From Guillardia theta CCMP2712 (lineage: Eukaryota; Protista; Cryptophyta): 64,000 nt of DNA. The notes beneath the pieces were generated by a model. It was not told where the DNA came from. It made no database searches and saw nothing but the letters and a program-made list of their open reading frames with translations. Shown here piece by piece: positions 1 through 12,595 of the stretch; position 1 is the first letter of the stretch, and each line of letters starts with the position of its first letter. The stretch is taken from contig NW_005434587.1 of assembly GCF_000315625.1 (NCBI RefSeq), positions 62,001-126,000 of the forward strand, written 5' to 3'. Position numbers and translations under genes: made by a program.

Positions 1-1555
1 GGCGCGGTCGCCGTAGGGGTTGAACAAGAGGCAGTCAACAAGGCCTCCATGGCCTTTGGCCTCTCGAACGACTTCCTCTTTCCTCCAGTCGAAGACGAAG
101 ATGGAGTGATCGAGATCCTCTGAAAGAGCGCAGAGGAATTTTCCTGTCCCATTGAAGGACAGCGCTGACACCTGGCGTCGCTTCCTGCCAAGTGAGAGTT
201 TTGCGAGCACTTGATTTGAGAAGTCAAAGTCTCCACGATACAACGGGATCCTCCAAACATAAATCCTCGGGTTGCGGCCCATCTGACCACTTGCAACGAT
301 ACACCTGCTCGCTATCAGCAGGGAACTTCTTCAATCTTCAAATCGTGCATGTATCACCTGTTCGGGATGTCCCATGTCCTCCAATCGTACGGCTTCCCGT
401 CCTCACCCTTGTTGGGGAATTCATCAGTGTGGACAGGCAGGGTCCTCATGTCGGGACTCCAAGATTTCTCAGAGGGGATGTGAATTCCCTTGTTGTAGGT
501 GAACCAATGGCTCCACTCCATCAGGGCGTCTGGTCCCAGCGGCTTGTCCAACTCTATCCAAGACCCGTCTCCCCTTTGATGCATCCTGACAAGAAGAGCC
601 ATGGAGGTCACGTCGTCGCTGTGATAGAAGAAGCGTTGGATGTTGTTGAACACGTCGTAAACCACCACTGTGGCTGCGGTGAAATACACAATCTCACCGC
701 TGTACTTGCAGCGATTGTCGATGGTGTCAAAGTATTCCACAAAGTTGAGATTGTTGAGTCCTGGTCCGATGCCGAACAAGTCCCAATCCCAACTCGAAGC
801 CCCGTGATACCCATAGACGAAATCCAGAGCAAGATGACTAGAAGGCTCTCGCTGCCACTGCGGATCGGTGTAATCATAGCCATGAAACTGAGCTGGCGCA
901 AAGACAGAGTTAACGCAGGGACGGTACTTCTCGAGGCCAGCATTTTGAGAGTTTTCCTACCAAAGGATCAGGACATCGGGTCAGTTTCACACAGATCACT
1001 TCACCCATGATTCGATCTCGTCAATCCTGCTGTAGCCAATCTCCCCTTGCTTTGGGACAGCCTCCTTGTCATCGCCAGTATCCAACCCGAGCATGACTTT
1101 CGTCAGACCTGTTTCTGTGTGCTCCACGGGCTGAAATCGCTTCACGATCCTCTTCTCATATTGGTCACGAATCATGTCCTGCTTCTTTTTGTCTGCTGTT
1201 TGCTCCTCTAAAGACGCTTTGAAAGCCGAGACAAATCTTGAGTTCTTGACATTCTTATCCACTTTCTTGCGAAAGTCGCCGAGCAAGAACACCTAGACAG
1301 CAGGCTGTTAGTATGATCGTTCCCATTTTCACCAATATCAACACACACCGGCTTGCCCTTCACCTTCACTGAGAAGGTAGAACCCGTTAAGTAGTCATAG
1401 TCGATCGGTCTGTGCCTGACCCCAGCGCTGCTCGGCCTTGGGGCAGGAGCCGAGCCGAAAGGTCTGGAGCTAGCTGGTCGAGATATCGGACGTTGGAAAG
1501 TAGGTGTTTGTCTACGGGTTGTGTCTGCCCTTGTCACCGTTTGTGGCCTTTCCAT
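1..1555 (-). CDS. EMAP/EML-like protein (HELP motif + WD40 repeats), multi-exon, runs off the left end of the window
   Basis: Spliced exons give EPSSHLALDFVYGYHG (HELP motif), GEIVYFTAATVVVYD...QRFFYHSDDVTSMAL, IVASGQMGRNPRIYVW and VSALSFNGTGKFLCALSEDLDHSIFVFDW. ATG at 1555; GT-AG introns, one with a TACTAAC branch site. Confidence 0.85.
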
Positions 1556-2004
1556 CTGTAGAGCTTTGTCAGAAACAGTCTGTTCAATGAAGCCTTGCTA
1601 TGTATAGTTCCCTCGCAGGAAAAAAATGAGCTTTGGCAGATGGAGCTGATTGAATTAGAGAGCATGGGCTCAGGGCAACTGGCCTACGGAAGGGCTGGAA
1701 TGCAGTTCCAAGAAAGGAATGAGCAGAACAGCACTGGACAGGAAGGAGAAGCAGTCAGGCAAAGGCAAGGGAGGGAGGCAGAGGAACAAGAACGAGCACA
1801 AGCGCATAGAACAAAGAGCACAGCGAGAGCGGCATTGGCCGAGAGCATCACAGGCTGCCTTGGCCAAGGGCGGACGGTTTGCGCGGTTGGGGTCCACAGC
1901 ATTTTGAAACAATATTGAATCAAAATTTGAAATTCGAGAGAAGAAATTGAACATGCAGAAGAAGAGTAGTGAGCCCCCGATGACTAGCCGTGTCAAATTC
2001 GAGT

Positions 2005-2545
2005 TCAACCCACCCGGGGTGACCGGGCGGCACAGTCACCGGCACCGTGGCACCGTCCGAGCAGTGAGTCAGTCGGACGGCCGGGCCTGCCGCCACCAGG
2101 CTGCGGTGGCCGGGCTGGTCACCCCACCCGGTTCTCTCTGTCCGTCCAAAGATGCCGCAAAGTGTTGCACAGGCCATACGCACCAGACTCTCCGGAGGCT
2201 TGACCCTCGGACACTCCCGTTTTGTGACGAGGACGATCAGGAGAGTCGAGGAGGCTTGCCCCTGACACTGTCGTATGTCGCACAGGCCACACAGCAAGAA
2301 GACCGTGACAAAAGACAGCGAGAACCTGGCAAACTTGAAACCGTTACTCCTGCCAACCGTTGAACGGTTCACCGTCACGGTTGAACGTTGAACTGCCGCG
2401 TGCAGTGCTGAGTCCCCCAAACTTGAACTTAAACTTAACTGCGCGCATCCGCTGCCCGCCGCCGAGCGTTCCACACGCCGAGGCTCTGTTGAGACAGTGC
2501 CCCTGCCTTGTGACTCAGTCACGCGCGGCCCGGCCGGGGCCCTGC
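2005..2545. repeat. CCGG/GTCAC/GACTC-rich GC-rich intergenic element
   Basis: Dense CCGG, CAGTCACC and TGACTCAGTC words plus AACTTGAACTTAAACTTAACT (about 2419-2440). Similar composition recurs at about 26530-26645, 43735-43970 and 54340-54530. Confidence 0.4.
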
Positions 2546-2799
2546 CAGGAGACAGATATTCGCTTAACAATTTGAAATTCTAATTTCCCCTTCGAAAAAT
2601 GGATCCGAGGCTTATCGAACCGCATCCCCACTAAGATCCCACACCCACGAGCGCGGCCGGGTGCGCCATGCGCGGCGATTGAGGAAGGAGTGCGGACAAA
2701 GCAGCAGGAGAGGAAGGGAAGAGGACAGGAAGGAGAGAGGAGCAGGACACAAGCTGGAAGAAGAAGACCTGTTGACCGAGAGAACTTCACGTTTGAAAG

Positions 2800-3255
2800 A
2801 TGAGTTCGGAAGACGAGGCGAAGACAAGCAGCCTCAGTCAGACTGACATGAAAGGGACAGTAGTTATCTACTCCCCATACATCAACAAGTCAAAGACAGT
2901 TCAAGAAGGACGTCGAATCTCTCTCAAGGATGCGTGCGAAGATCCCACAGCATGGGAAATCCTCGAAGTTTGCAAGCGATTGTTTCCCGAAGATTGTGTA
3001 CAGGGTGAGAACAAAGGATATCCAAGGGACTATGAGGCACAATGGCCTCCCATGAGAGGAAGGATTCGAGTTCGTCTATTCAAAGACGGCAAACCCACAA
3101 ATCCAGAGATAACGACCCGCAAGCAACTTTACAAGAAGGTTGCAGAGCTTATCCCCAAGATAGCGTCGAGGCAGCCTGGCTATGTGGATCCATACATGCA
3201 GGCGCTGCAAGCTGCTTCAGCTGCAAAGGCGAAGAAGAAGGGGAAGAAGAAGTGA
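2800..3255 (+). CDS. SRP19: Signal recognition particle 19 kDa protein
   Basis: VIYSPYINKSKTVQEGRRIS...EDPTAWEI...NKGYPRD...RGRIRVRLFKDG...TRKQLYKKVAELIPK with a basic KKKGKKK tail. Intronless; the second Met (MKGT) is an alternative start. Confidence 0.95.
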   Translation: MSSEDEAKTSSLSQTDMKGTVVIYSPYINKSKTVQEGRRISLKDACEDPTAWEILEVCKRLFPEDCVQGENKGYPRDYEAQWPPMRGRIRVRLFKDGKPTNPEITTRKQLYKKVAELIPKIASRQPGYVDPYMQALQAASAAKAKKKGKKK

Positions 3256-3500
3256 TCTAGAAGTGAGGAAAGCATGTGTGAATCGTGCTTTGCGCTGGGT
3301 CACTTTCGAACAAAACTGCAACAAGAGTGCAAGGATTGCCAAGTGTTGTGAGTCGACGATAGAACGTGAATGAACTTGTTTGCTATCTTTTTGTTCTCGA
3401 ATCGACTTGTGTGCGGTAGGATGTCTGATAGAGCTTATCATGCTGATGACTACCAGCGCATTTGCAACGTGATTAGTGTGTTGCCACATCAAGCGACTTG

Positions 3501-6500
3501 CTAGTTAACATGAATATGATAAGAGAGGCCGCTGTCTAACAGATCCCATCCGATCTTCAAGCCTGTCATGGTTCGATCAGCTTGTCTACTTGTTCACATC
3601 ATCCCTTCACCTCGCTCGAAGTTGAGCACGAGTTTCTGTGTGTCAAAGGATGCTGCCTCCCTCCTCCTCGCCTGTCTCGAACGTCACACCACACCAATGT
3701 CGCCGTCCAGGAACATTGAAACCTGCAGTGTCTGACGGAGATTGTGGAGAGCTTTTCTTCCTTCTCCCGCAATCAAACGCCTTGCAAGCGCCTCGTATTC
3801 ATCCCTGAAGCCCGTCAGGCAAGGAGAGCCGACTGGTCATCTACATGTTCCTAGCGATGGTAGTGTCGAGGGGCAGAGAGTGTAGGATGGAGGAAGCCAC
3901 TCTAGAACTCATCGTCTCCTGGATTTCTTCGATTAGAACAAGACAGGATTATGTTTGTGATGTTTCTTGCCTGAGGGAGAGTGAGGAGCGGAACTCCAGA
4001 CCACAAGATGTCAACGGCCGAGGTGTGAGAGTTGAAGACAGGGTTGTCGAGGGAGAGATTTGCGAGAGACTAAGAAAAGAGCGTCAAATGTCGAGAAGGG
4101 GCTGAGGTGCCATGTTGACCTTGATCACAAGGTGTGAACTCCAATCGATCCTGTCAGAGAACAAGATGCGAGATGCAACCTGATGTGAACTCGAATCAGG
4201 ACTGAGCACTGTTCGAATCATCTCAAAACAGTTTCATATCTCTGAACATCAGCATCAACAACAAGAGGCAATCCTCGAAAGCATGCTCATGGACAGTGAA
4301 GCATGCTCTATCACGTCATAGTCGCACCTGCTCGCCATAAACATCCGCTTCTTTGCGCAGGTTGTACTCGGCAGTGGAAGGCAGTCGGAGCAACCACAGG
4401 TAAGCATCTGAATGTTGCGATTACAAACGAGCTCGACTCAGATCCTTTGTCTCTTCCTGGAACTGCAGACAGCAGGCGCATCCATCTGGCAAACGTTGAA
4501 GGATCCACCTGACGAGGTTGTGACGGGAGTGAGGGTGAACAATCAGCTCACTTTGAACAGCTGATTGAAGTTGCAAAGGATCATTCCTGATGACGTATCA
4601 GTTTCCTTCTTGTCAGACCTTCTCGCAGCAGATTTACCTGACGATGGCAGACCATGCGATGTCCGATCTATGTTCCGGTAAGATTCCGACAAGTCGTCAT
4701 CTCTCCTCAGCTTCTCCACATCGGAATAAACAGCGTCGGCAAGGTCTGGTACATGTGCTCTGCTCTGCTTGTACTGTTTGCAGGTGATCACGTGATATTC
4801 GAGGAGTGATTTTCACCTCGTTCATGAAGAAGGTGTCTGGAGTACTAAGAATCCTCTCCTACAAAACACCTCGATCATCGGAAAAGGTTTGCTCAGTATT
4901 CTATCTCACCGTGAAGTGATTGTAGAACTCCGGCGGAGTAGCGACTCTGTCTGAAACGAAAAGGTCGATGTACGTTGCTCCTGTCGAATCATGGCTCCCC
5001 ATGTACTCGACCTGAAGGAGAGGAACAACAAACAGAGTGGTCAACTCGCTCCCAAGATTGACAATCATCATGATGCACAGCACGGGTTTACACCACAGCG
5101 ATCGACCCTCTTCCTCGAGATGTTGTTCAATGTACCTGGATGGGCGCCGGCTTCAAGGACAGCACATCCATCTACCACTTGTGTTCAGCGTCACCTTGGA
5201 CTCTTGTTTATACCTGATGGCCAGATGTCCATCCGTTCAAGGTTATCAACACATGCACACCCAGCTTGTTGATCTTTCACCTTGTCAAAACCTTGACAAA
5301 TTATCAGCATTCTTCACCTTGCGCGTGAGATCGGAACAAGAGATCTCATGGCCAAGTTTCCCAAGTTCAAAAAAGTTTCCGTCCTGATAGCGCATCAGTC
5401 CGACGAGGGAAGAGAAACTGCAAGTTTGAAGGAGCAGAACACGACAAAGTGATGCGAGTAGCCAAGGCAGCGCAGCATTGGGTCGTGAACTGGCAAGCCA
5501 AACTTCATTTACCGGCACCATTGCAGAGTTTTTCCTCCACCATTCACTTCCATCGTTTCTGCTGAGGGCTAAGAGGATGACATCGAAACTGCTCAAATTA
5601 GAATCATCAGATCGGATGACAAAGAAAAAGAATAGAACACAGACCGCTTCTGATCATGTAGCGAGAACCATGCTTGATGCCCAACAGGATGGTCCCCGAG
5701 GTCTGTACTCATGTAGGCAATTCTGAGCTTGCTGCTCTTTCCCTTCCCGGCAGGCTTCAGGAGTTGATGAGAATGATCCAGAGCTCCCAGAATTCTTCTC
5801 AGCGGGTTTGTGTTCTTCTGCTCTTCCTGGGCATGTGCTCGGGCGATGTCGAGGTATAAGGTAGCTGTACAGCTAAGAGGTGAGCGACAGAGTACGGTCA
5901 AGTGGGGAGATCGTACGAGAGATGGGAAAGGCCAGCGCGAGGAAGGGCTTCAGCGATGGAGGCTTGCCTTGCTTGATCTGCATCCTGCTCCCACGGTGAG
6001 CTTGTTGTCCTGTAAGTTAAGAGGGAAACCTGGCCATTTCCTCGATTCTTCTCAAATTTTCCTCCCAATTAGCCCATTCACATGCATACTTCTGTGCCCA
6101 CACCATGTTCAAGAACGCTTGCGCGTCGATGGGATCGAGGACTAGCATTTTCTTGTAGACCTGCAGTGGCTTTACCATCAGGAAGGACGGACGAGGAGCA
6201 GCACGGAGAAAGAAACAGGAACCAGCATGTCAGAAGGACAAGTGAACAAGACAAACCTGGATGCAAGAATTCTGCAGTTCTCTCATCTCCTTACGAGCCT
6301 CGCTGTTCTGATTCGTTACCCGTGCTTCAAGCTGACGATATAAATCCCCGTAGGTGTTCCCAAGATTCAGCAATGTCTGTGCCATAAGAAAAATCAGAAA
6401 CAACAAGACATGCCAGAGAGATGATGTAATGCACAGATCAAATAGTTGAAACAACACTGTGAGGAACTTTCTAGACGAGCAAGGAACAAAGATCGTTTGC

Positions 6501-7798
6501 ATTCTTCTACCTGCTGTGATGTAGGGTCCAGTTTCAACGCTTCTTTGTACCTCTCGATGGCTTCACGCATAAATCCTTTTGCGTAATCGACACTGCAAGC
6601 TCATCAAACCATCTTCTGCGGTCACACGTAGACATCTCTTCACCTGCCACGAAGAATGCTGGCTTCGACAATCCGTGGATTGATCTTGTATGCTGCATCG
6701 GCCACACGTCTTGTTTCATCGAGCATTCCTAAATCTTGAAACACCTGAACAAGACACTTTCAGTGCCGACACAAACTCTAAATCACCTGCTTTCCTGTCC
6801 AAGATTGAGCAGCAGATTACAGTTTGTTGGACTGAGTTGCAAGCCAGTTTCAAACACTTTGCGAGCCTTTCGCACAGGTCAGCGCACACAGTGTAAGAAT
6901 CGTGCGCATACACCTCTCTCAACCATCCAGACTGTCTCAGAGCGTTGCCTAGATTGTTTCGAGCATCTTCCAACGAAGGATCGATGCTTCATGAGCGTCA
7001 GCACGTCAACCAGGAGCTCATGACCTACCGGATCGCGGAGCTGAACATGGCGATCGCCTCATCCATCCTCCTCTCATCGAAGAGCAGGTTCCCGTAGCTG
7101 TACCTGTACCGCGATGACGTCGGATCCAGCCGGATGGCTGCCTTGTAGTTCATCTCCGACTGTTTCCGGAAGTGGCTGCCTTGCTCGCGCAGCAGAAGGC
7201 CGAGGTTGAAAAATCCTTCAGCGCACTCCTCCTGCTCCAGCAGAGCCACGATGCCCTCCTCCCACACCTCGCGGGCCTGCAGAGGCTCTCCGAGGTTGTA
7301 GTATGCCTGCGCAAGGTTGCGATAGACGGCGACAGACGTTGGCTGGAGGCGCTTAGCGACGGCGAAGCTGTACAAGGAGGTCTGAACATGGTTGCTTTCA
7401 AGCTGAATCACCCCGCGGATCAAGGCGCCTTGAAACCACTGCTCTATGGCGTCAGAAGACGCACTCTCGATGTACTTGAGCGCTTGTTGGATGTCTCCCG
7501 CCTGCCTCGTCACGATGGCAAGGTTGTAGAGGACTTGAGCTCGGCTCATGTCGTTAGGAGCCTGCTGCAGAGCTACTTGGAGACAGGATTTCGCTCCTGC
7601 GACGTCAGAGTTCAAGAGCCTTGAAGCATGGAGAAGTAGCTTCTCCAGGTCCGAATGATCTCTCTTGCTCAGTCCCGGGCAGGCCAAGTTAATCTGCTTT
7701 CCCTTGGCCTTGGATTTCTTGGAGACGCCTTGGCTCAGGATATTGGCAAGAAGGATCAGCAGAACAAGTTCCAGCGCCCTCCTCCTTCTGTGCAACAT
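3501..7798 (-). CDS. TPR + GT41 glycosyltransferase (OGT/SEC-like) with N-terminal hydrophobic signal, multi-exon
   Basis: Many TPRs (VYRNLAQAYYNLGE, FFNLGLLLREQG, YSYGNLLFDERRMDEAI, ARNNLGNALRQSG). GT41 motifs KLRIAYMSTDLGDHPVGH, PAPIQV, GSHDSTGATYIDLFVSDRVATPP and LCNFNQLFK. Last exon GLKIGWDLLDSGLSYHIHVN* has its stop at 3501-3503. Confidence 0.9.
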
Positions 7799-8187
7799 GC
7801 TCTCTTCTTCCCTCTTGTCCCTCCCCTCCGCCCACTTCCCGCAGGGCAGGAGCGGAGGTGGCTGCTCTCGCGCGCGGGTGGCGGGGGAGTGGGAGGGGAA
7901 ATCGGGTTTGTGGGATAATATGATTGTACGAGCCGGGCGCGGAGGGGGGGGGGCGCCGCGCGGGACGAGAGGGGAGGGGGGGGTGGAGCCGCGAGGAGGC
8001 CGCGATGTGGCTGGTGGGACGCGATGAGAGGAGAGAAGTAGAGGACAGGTAGAGTGAAGAGAGAAAGTGGTAGGAGGTAGAGGGATCAATCTGATATCCT
8101 CAGCATTCGTGAGTCCGATGGTTTTCATGAAGGGTGCAGGGACGGGATTAGAATTGGCGATATCCGTCAAAGATCGACTGCGAAAGG

Positions 8188-8240
8188 AAGGAGAGGAGAG
8201 GAGAGGAGAGGAGAGGAGAGGAGAGGAGAGGAGAGGGGGG
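8188..8240 (+). repeat. (GAGAG)n pentanucleotide microsatellite
   Basis: Tandem GAGAG units read directly. Confidence 0.9.
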
Positions 8241-8669
8241 CGGTGAGAGAGGAACTAAGGGAATAGCAATCAGGTGGTTGTGAGCGCGGAGGACCAAGTC
8301 AAGTAAAGCTCTGTGTCTACAGGAAGAAGACAGATTTCGATACTTGCAATGAGTTAGAATCATGTGGAAATGCAAGTCGTTGTGTTTTCTTTACAATTCA
8401 AGCACAATAGAGGCCCCAAGAGCCATTCACAGAGATCGTATTCCCCCAGTTAACAACAAAACATACAAGGTTTCTTCTTCCCGCATCCCACGAGTCGGAT
8501 CAACGTCGACAGGATGTCTCAATCAGATACTTAGAATCATCTCAACAACGAAAGCCATTCATGACATCGCATCGCATGCACGTTTCCACCTGGAGTTTGT
8601 GTAGCTTTACTTGAGAAGCCACCTTGATCCGTTGGCGGCCACAGGCCCCACCACGGTCCAGTCACAGTG

Positions 8670-9890
8670 ATGTCGTCGGGGAGCACATGCCTCATCCTTT
8701 ACAGCAGAAAGGGAAGACACATCGTAGCTCCCATAGTCGCTACCTCCAATGGCTGAATCTGATTTCGTTCCCCAGGAGCCAGGCAAGTCGAAAGGAGCAG
8801 CAGCGAGCTGCTTGCAATCGTCAGACCATGCGGAAGAGAACAGAGGCAGGTGAGACCATGGAGATCATGTCGATGTCAGCTTCCTGTTGGTTCTCAACAC
8901 TGATTCAGATGCTTGGGAGGCAACCCCTGCGCCAGGAAAGTTATGAGCGCCATGAGGTAGTTATACTGCAACGATGCTACTTGGAACAACCTCCTCTCTT
9001 TCACGCGCCTGCAGCTACACATACATACCCTTACCCTCTCTCATCATCCCATCCTCCTCCTCGCACCCCGGCGCCCCTCCCTGCCTCCCGCCCTTCCCAC
9101 CCATGGCACCTTCCATACCTCTTCGCTCTACCAACCCGCCTCAGAGCATTCACAGGGAGCGCTAGACATGTAGCAGTAGTGTAGTTGCCGTTGCGACAGC
9201 AAAGGAGAGTGAACTTGGAAACTTGCAACGCGGCGATGAACAGTTGTGGAGAGATGAAATCAAGGTACAGATGTTATTAGATGTCATAGATGCGATTCAT
9301 GTCCAAGAGATGACAGACGACCCTCAGTCATGAATAACGTTCCCGCTGGTTTTGATGCACAGCTTATTGGAGAAGAGCATGTTTGGTAACACCATCCACG
9401 GCCTTGCAGAAACTCGACTATAAATGAGTTGTGTTCTTTTTGTGCCTCTAGTTATGTGCAATTCTATGACATGTAAGACAAACGGCGAACTCTGCCTCAT
9501 GAAGTATGTAAGTTGAGAAATATGAATAAAATATGGACTCAACTTGATGCGCTACAGCAAGAACTCGAAGGTAAGTGTGTCATATCAACAAGTTGCAGAA
9601 GGGGAGGATTGCATAAATGGATGGAAAGTTCAGGGCCATGGTCATGTAGCCGACCATCATCTTCTGATCAACACAATAGAGACATTGCGATCAACTCAGA
9701 AGAAATTACACACAGAGATATCAAATCATACACTACTAACGGACTAAATACTCGGTCGCATGTAGCAACACATTGTCTGAAAAACATGAATAGCACAATT
9801 ACGCGTATTGTTATGAACATGGTTATTGCATCCAAAGAAATAGTATTTGAAATCCATCAACTTTTTATTTTCAGGAGTTGACCACCCATG
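8670..9890 (+). CDS. Possible small multi-exon hypothetical gene
   Basis: Several short open blocks bounded by AG/GT sites (VATAKESELGNLQRGDEQLWRDEIK|gt, NKIWTQLDALQQELE|gtaag). No recognisable domain. Confidence 0.25.
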
Positions 9891-9986
9891 ATCTGCTCCG
9901 GATTCCTTGGAAGGGAGCTGATGAACCAACAGTGCACCATGACGTCTCAGCTTGATCCCTCAGTATCCAACAACCTCGAAACCTCA

Positions 9987-10157
9987 TCACTTAAACTTCT
10001 TGGTCTCGGTGAACAGCACATGCTGCTTGACAACGGGGTCATACTTTCTAAAAGTGAACTTCTCAGGAGTCCTCCTGGGGTTCTTCCTGGTGAGATAGAA
10101 GTACCCTGTTCCAGCCTGGCTCATCAACTTGACAAGAATACTCTTCTGCTTCGCCAT
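9987..10157 (-). CDS. rpl33: Ribosomal protein L33 (bL33, probably mitochondrial), 56 aa
   Basis: [56 protein letters not shown] is the typical zinc-free bL33 pattern. Confidence 0.95.
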   Translation of the reverse strand: MAKQKSILVKLMSQAGTGYFYLTRKNPRRTPEKFTFRKYDPVVKQHVLFTETKKFK

Positions 10158-10544
10158 GACTCTTCTGTCCCGCCCCTCCTCTCCTTCAAGCCTGGTTTCC
10201 TCGCTCGCGCCGTGCCCTATCCCACATCCCCCCTCATACTCCAGATTATATAATTTATAAATAGTTTTAATATCAATTATTTCATTGTGTTTGTACTGAG
10301 GTGATGGTACTGAGGTCAAATTAGTACAGTTTGTGGGATTTAAAAGGGATTTATCAGTTAGCTAGGGAGCCCGGTGACACACGTTCTATCTTTCAATACA
10401 CCCCTAACTTTTCTGGTAAATCATGGGGTCATATAGAGTAAAAGACACAGACCATGCATCTAACATACACACACACAGGCAGCATAACCACAGTAGAAGT
10501 AGAACTGAAAGTAGAAATCCCCTGGCCACGAACTTGGAGTAGCC

Positions 10545-11507
10545 ATGCGAACAAAGCAAGACAAGAGCGAGGAGCTGAAAGTCGGAGATAGTGTCCGCAA
10601 GATCAAGAACGTCGATGCCGGAGAAATGGGCATCGTTCAAAGTGTTGAAAAGTTTGATTCTGGCATCATAAAGGTGAAGGTGCTCAGCCAGAGCGGAAAA
10701 CTTTGGTTTTCTCAGAGCCAGGACAATTATGAGAAGATTCAGGAAGTCGTTGAGGTAAAAGATATTCCTCTGTGGAATGAAGACAAAAAAACCATGAATC
10801 TGCCATTTCCTGTTGAATTCGATCAATGGCTACAAGGCGATAAGATATTCGATGAAATCGAAATAAAACGTCTTGAGGTGTCATGGAGGGTACATAGGAA
10901 ATCTGCACTTCCAAGGCAGTGCTCGAAACCAGATGTCTGGAAATGTTGCTGGGAGCACCAGAGAAATGCAGCCAAGAATGCTGAAGTTGGGCTTCCTGTG
11001 AGGCAATACCCGAGAGCCGTGATGGAAGTTCATTGGATCCCTTCTTGGTTCCACAAGCTCTTCAAAGTGGACATGTGGGGGAATATCATATCAGTCGATG
11101 GCTTGCAAGGAGCCATGTGCTATGCTGAAGAGGATCACTTGTTTCCCTCCAGCAGAGGTGGGAGGACTTCCCTCGCAAACCTCGTGTTGATCCAGTTCGT
11201 CGCCAATAGGAAGAAGAAAGAGAAAATTCTTCCGTTTCTCACCGCAGACGAAGAGGCAGCCCTTTCATGCGGACTCCAGGAGCATCAGTTCCTTGCCATT
11301 ACCAACCACTCCTGGAGAATGTTTGGATGCAAGGAGAGGAACTTTGGACAACTGTATGCTTTCCTCACGCAACCCCTTGGCTGGGAGACTGGCGACTTGG
11401 AGGCTTTGCAAAATCTGAACGAAGGGGATGCTCTATGGGCATATTTCCACCAGAAGTGGTGTGCTCACAACCAAAGAGAGGAAGAAAAACGAAATCCTTT
11501 CATGTAG
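10545..11507 (+). CDS. HNH endonuclease-domain protein with N-terminal SH3/KOW-like beta domain, intronless, 320 aa
   Basis: DMWGNII...EEDHLFPSSRGGRTSLANLVLIQFVANRKK fits DH..P.S.GG.....N.......N. The N-terminus is LKVGDSVRKIK..AGEMGIVQSV..IKVKV. Confidence 0.8.
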   Translation: MRTKQDKSEELKVGDSVRKIKNVDAGEMGIVQSVEKFDSGIIKVKVLSQSGKLWFSQSQDNYEKIQEVVEVKDIPLWNEDKKTMNLPFPVEFDQWLQGDKIFDEIEIKRLEVSWRVHRKSALPRQCSKPDVWKCCWEHQRNAAKNAEVGLPVRQYPRAVMEVHWIPSWFHKLFKVDMWGNIISVDGLQGAMCYAEEDHLFPSSRGGRTSLANLVLIQFVANRKKKEKILPFLTADEEAALSCGLQEHQFLAITNHSWRMFGCKERNFGQLYAFLTQPLGWETGDLEALQNLNEGDALWAYFHQKWCAHNQREEEKRNPFM

Positions 11508-11617
11508 ATGTCAACCACCTGAGTTGGCTGGAACACCTCCCCATAGCAAAAATAAATTTTGGAACATACTACTACTCCTACCTCTCGTTTCACTCAAACC
11601 CAATTCCGTTTAGCGAC

Positions 11618-12595
11618 CTATGCACATCGAGAATCCACGAAGGAAGTCAAAGTGCTGAGCACCAAGTCCATTCCAGTTCCTTCAGTAGCGCTTGCCTGCG
11701 TCATGCTTCAAATGCAGTATGTTGGAAGTGTCAAGGCATGTACTTACCTCTACGACACACAATCTGTTTCCGAGGTCACGCGTCCTGTGCATAAAATATT
11801 TGGTCAAGTTTCGGTCTGCATATCGGGGAGTGTGAGAGAATAGGTTGGAAAGGCTCGTATGCAACGAAAGGAAACATGTCAAGGAGATACTGGAAAATCG
11901 TGTTTGACATACATGTCATTTAGAAGTATCTTCGCATCCAATTCTTTCATCGTCATCTTCATGAAACCTCAGTACGACAATCAAGAAGCATTCAATCTTA
12001 CTGCCACTTCAATGTCCATTTTGTTGAGGATCAACAGCACTGGCTTGTTTCGCATCTGAGGTAAAACTCACTTCAAACGGCTTCTGAAAATGTAAATACC
12101 TTTTCGTGCATCATGACGTTGACAAATTCAACCGCAGCTTCGGAAACTGACACGCGATCCGACATGTCGATCACATAGCACCAAGCATGACAATCACTGA
12201 AGAAATTCGGCCAAACTGCAGTGAAGGATCCACCGACTTCACGTACTGTTGTTTCAAGCCTTTGGAATCTTATTAGATGATGTTTTCATCCATCCCATCC
12301 TTCCCCCTCTGTACCTGCCAATGACAAGTTTGTCCACTTCTACTCCAGTGGTGGGCATGGTGTCTGTCATATCACGTTGTGCAACTTGTTTGACTAGCTA
12401 TCTCTCATGTTTGAGTTGCATCGAAGCAATGTATACTCAGTACCTGCTTCAATCGTCGAATGAGAAGTGTTTTCCCTGCACCCTGACATCACATGACAAA
12501 CATCAATGCACGTACAATTCCGCCCAAGAATCAAGCAGGCATACCGATGCTCCTAGGAACAGAATCTCAAAAGCTTGCTGCTTGTTCGAAGTCAT
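11618..12595 (-). CDS. ARL16: ARF-like GTPase, ARL16 subfamily, multi-exon (absent from the ORF track)
   Basis: Exons read by hand: MTSNKQQAFEILFLGAS, TMPTTGVEVDKL, REVGGSFTAVWPNFFSDCHAWCYVIDMSDR (REvGG in place of WDxGG is ARL16-typical), KPVLLILNKMDI, VVE/ASATEGTGMDLVL...*. Confidence 0.8.

Noticed and set aside
192-1010. 272-aa plus-strand ORF
   Set aside because: Antisense shadow of the EML-like exons, with no protein-like features of its own.
10545-11507. RNA-guided nuclease (IscB/Cas9/Fanzor) interpretation
   Set aside because: No RuvC motifs, bridge helix, transposon ends or evident guide RNA are visible; only a stand-alone HNH.
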